From: Podarcis erhardii
Lineage: Eukaryota
Length of the DNA stretch: 64,000 nucleotides
NCBI GenBank assembly: GCA_964252035.1
Contig: OZ176204.1
Direction: 5' to 3' (one strand)
Below the pieces are notes generated by a model. The model was not told the DNA's origin and did no database searches. It was given only the letters and a program-made list of their open reading frames with translations. A program made the position numbers and the translations under genes. Positions 61,450-64,000 of this stretch are shown piece after piece. Position 1 is the first letter of the stretch; each line of letters opens with the position of its first letter.

Positions 61450-61842
61450 AAAAAACCTTGTTGCTACAAAACTTACGTTTTGCTCCAGTTAACCAGCGCG
61501 TTATTGTCCGCCTCAACTCCTTAAGACACTACGAAGAAAAAGGTTAAACGTGGTTTCGTCTCCCCACGCCGGTTTGAGCAGAGCTATTTAAGATTCCCCC
61601 CCCCCCCAACTTGCTGTGTGTTTGTTTGGTATACATAGCACCCGCCTTGCGCTTGGCAGGTGTGAATGCTAACCTGAATAAAGCCAATCGAAGCTCAATA
61701 CCATATTTTGCCTGGTTTTGTATGGGTGGGCTAGGAAGGCGAAGCGGGGCATTCCCAAGACCGTGCTGACGTTCACACGTGCCTGTCCGGAGTCTCGCTC
61801 CGGAGCTAGAAGCGAACTCTGCACCAGAGCCTGGCAGGTGGC

Positions 61843-61844
<2 letters not shown>

Positions 61845-61925
<81 letters not shown>
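61845..61925. repeat. (GT)n(GA)n compound microsatellite
   Basis: Read directly. Confidence 0.95.
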
Positions 61926-61930
<5 letters not shown>

Positions 61931-64000
61931 GCCCTTTTGGGCTGGCGTGCCTGGGATCTGTTTGGAGAAGGAAACGGTGGTGGATTAGATTCGGGAGGGA
62001 ATCAAAGTCCAGGCGAGGAGGGCGGTCCAATTCCTTCCAGGTCCAGGTCCCTGGGCTCGCCTGCCTCTCAGCTGGACGGTCACCGGAAAGAGGGGCCGCC
62101 GCCAACCTCTGATCTGCCGCTGCTGCTGCTGCTTCTGCAGTAGCAAAAAGAGGACAGGGCGGCTTGGAGCCAGAGCTGGATGCTGTGGAATTAGGTCCCC
62201 TGGCCCAAATCCCTCCTGCACTGACCCCAAAGTGCCGGCCTTGGCAGGGGAAGGATCTTTCAAGGAGTCTCTAGAGCAAGCTTCTCTCTAAACAAAAAAT
62301 AAAAAACCCCAAAACAAAAAAAACCACCACCAATGCCCAGTTAGTTATGCTTGTGGAAGCCTTCGGCACATCCCAGGCGCGCGCCCAAATCGCGTTTACC
62401 CTACGAATCTTGCTGTAAGAGCAGCACAATCCGGAGTCAGGACCTCCGAGGGGCGCGCGCGGCGCCCCGAAATACTAGCCACCGACCTGGGAAATTAGTT
62501 GACCCTTGGCACCCCCAGTGTCTCTCCCGCAACACACACACACTCCCAACCCAAATTGTTCTGGGAGAGCCTTGCCAAGTTTAAACAAATAGCTGAACTA
62601 CAAATGTGCGGCTCTTCGAGAAGCGAAGAAACAAGTTTGCTGAGATTTGTTTCGGTGAAGCCGGGCATAAATTACTCCGAGTGGAACCGAACACGTCCTT
62701 AATCAATGGCGCCTGAAAAACACTAAAAATGAAATATGGGTGTTGGCAAGTTGGCTTCGATTCTTCGCTTGGCCATCCGATTTAAATAATACTCGTTCGA
62801 ATAATAAGAATGGACAGAAGGGTGAAAATCAAACACGAGAGCGCGCGAGCGCGCGTATGGTGGTTGGCGTGACCACAAGCTGATGGCACCGTTCCTTCTC
62901 TCTGAACTTTTCCTCCCTCCAAAGTTTCTTTCGCAAAAGTCGAAACTTGCACTCAGGCGCGCATAAACACACCAAATTGGAGTGGGGGGGGGGAGTAGAG
63001 GGGGACGACGAGCAGCGTGGAACTTGAGCACCAGGCAAAATAAACAGGGAATACACGTGGGAAAATTGGGAAGGTTTGAACCACTGAGGTGTAACAGTTC
63101 TTTCTTATTCAGGGTGGTGGCAGGGAGATAATAAGTGAAGTGTTTGCGATAATAGTCTCGGGAGAATCATCCCAAAGGAGAGAGAGAGCGCGCGCAAGTG
63201 TGCGTGCGTGTGTGCCTGCAATTGTGCGCGCGTGTGTAAGTAAGTGTGTATGAGCGCGTGCACACACAAACACGCGTATATGTGTATACACACGCGCGCA
63301 CTCCGAGGCCGGGCAAATTATCACTTTGAATCTGTGGGATCCGTGTAAGGTGTGCGATTATGGGTCATTATGCTGTGTGTTGTTAGAGAACACAGAAAGG
63401 GGGGGGGGGGAGAAGGGTTAAGATCTTAAACATGATTTATGGTAGACTCTGCGATTCCTTTTCTCAGGCTTTTAACAGACGGGGGCTGTACAATGGAACA
63501 TGTTGAAAGGCCAGATCGGACGTGTCCTCTCTCCCCCCCCCTCAAACCCGGCTTCCCCCCTCCCCCGCCACCCTTGTATGGGGTGGGGTGCGGAGAAAGA
63601 GGAGCCTTGGGTGGTGGTTGAAAGCCCAGGCAGGGCTCTGTCCCTTTAAGGTCACTGCATGCTCTGGTATGATGATGTTTAGAAGGACAGCTGGGCAATG
63701 GCCATCTGACTGACTTCGGCTTGACATCTGGGAGCCCACTGGTGTGTGGCACGCGAATCGCTTGATGTCGCTATTTAAATGCAAATTTGTGGGGGGATCA
63801 TTGAAGCCTCACCCCGTAAATTCACACAAAAGGAACACTTCACACACTCCGAGGAGGAGGAGGAGGAGGAGGGTCGTTACTTCGGGAGGTCTTGGCTGCA
63901 ACATGCAAATCTCATTCAAATCCGCAGCACATTCTGCATGACTAACTTTGCTAAGGTCAAGACTTTTTGGGGGGGTGGAGGAGGAGGAGGGGACGGCTGC

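Larger units (their letters stand above)
54300..64000. promoter_or_regulatory. Large CpG-rich, transposon-free regulatory domain (CpG island cluster) running off the end of the window
   Basis: CG dinucleotides and GC content rise abruptly relative to the CpG-depleted first 54 kb. I recognise no SINE, LINE or MITE after ~54730. GC-rich tracts alternate with AT-rich motif-dense blocks. Confidence 0.85.

Noticed and set aside
54300-64000. Naming the downstream or upstream gene
   Set aside because: No coding sequence is present and I do not recognise the non-coding sequence with certainty. Motif content alone cannot identify the locus.
1-64000. CRISPR arrays, operons, prophage or other prokaryotic systems
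   Set aside because: The sequence is clearly vertebrate intergenic and regulatory DNA, with no regularly spaced repeat-spacer array or dense ORF packing.

Overview
This is vertebrate genomic DNA, almost certainly from a squamate reptile and most likely a lacertid lizard. The evidence is two full-length lacertid-type Sauria SINEs and MIR-derived Squam3-like SINEs with (CTT)n tails. I recognise no protein-coding gene. The listed ORFs are mostly explained by GC-rich composition, microsatellites, N gaps or decayed retroelements. The window has three parts. (1) Near 2.8-3.3 kb there is a strong + strand 3'-end signature of an unidentified upstream gene: six TGTA motifs, then AATAAA, then a T-rich tract. 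(2) About 3-54 kb is intergenic DNA crowded with CR1 and L2 LINE fragments, tRNA- and 5S-derived SINEs, and hAT, Tc1/mariner and palindromic MITEs, several nested with readable target-site duplications. It is interrupted by repeat-poor blocks that look like enhancers. (3) From about 54.3 kb to the end is a CpG-rich, essentially transposon-free domain of about 10 kb. It carries strong splice donors, a possible short spliced and polyadenylated ncRNA, and octamer, Pbx-Hox/Meis, forkhead, CTCF and RFX motifs, plus G4 and Z-DNA tracts. This pattern is typical of the upstream region of a developmental regulator whose coding sequence lies beyond the window, but that is inference. There are two assembly gaps. 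All motif and family calls were made by eye without database searches, and I found no evidence of a novel multi-gene system.
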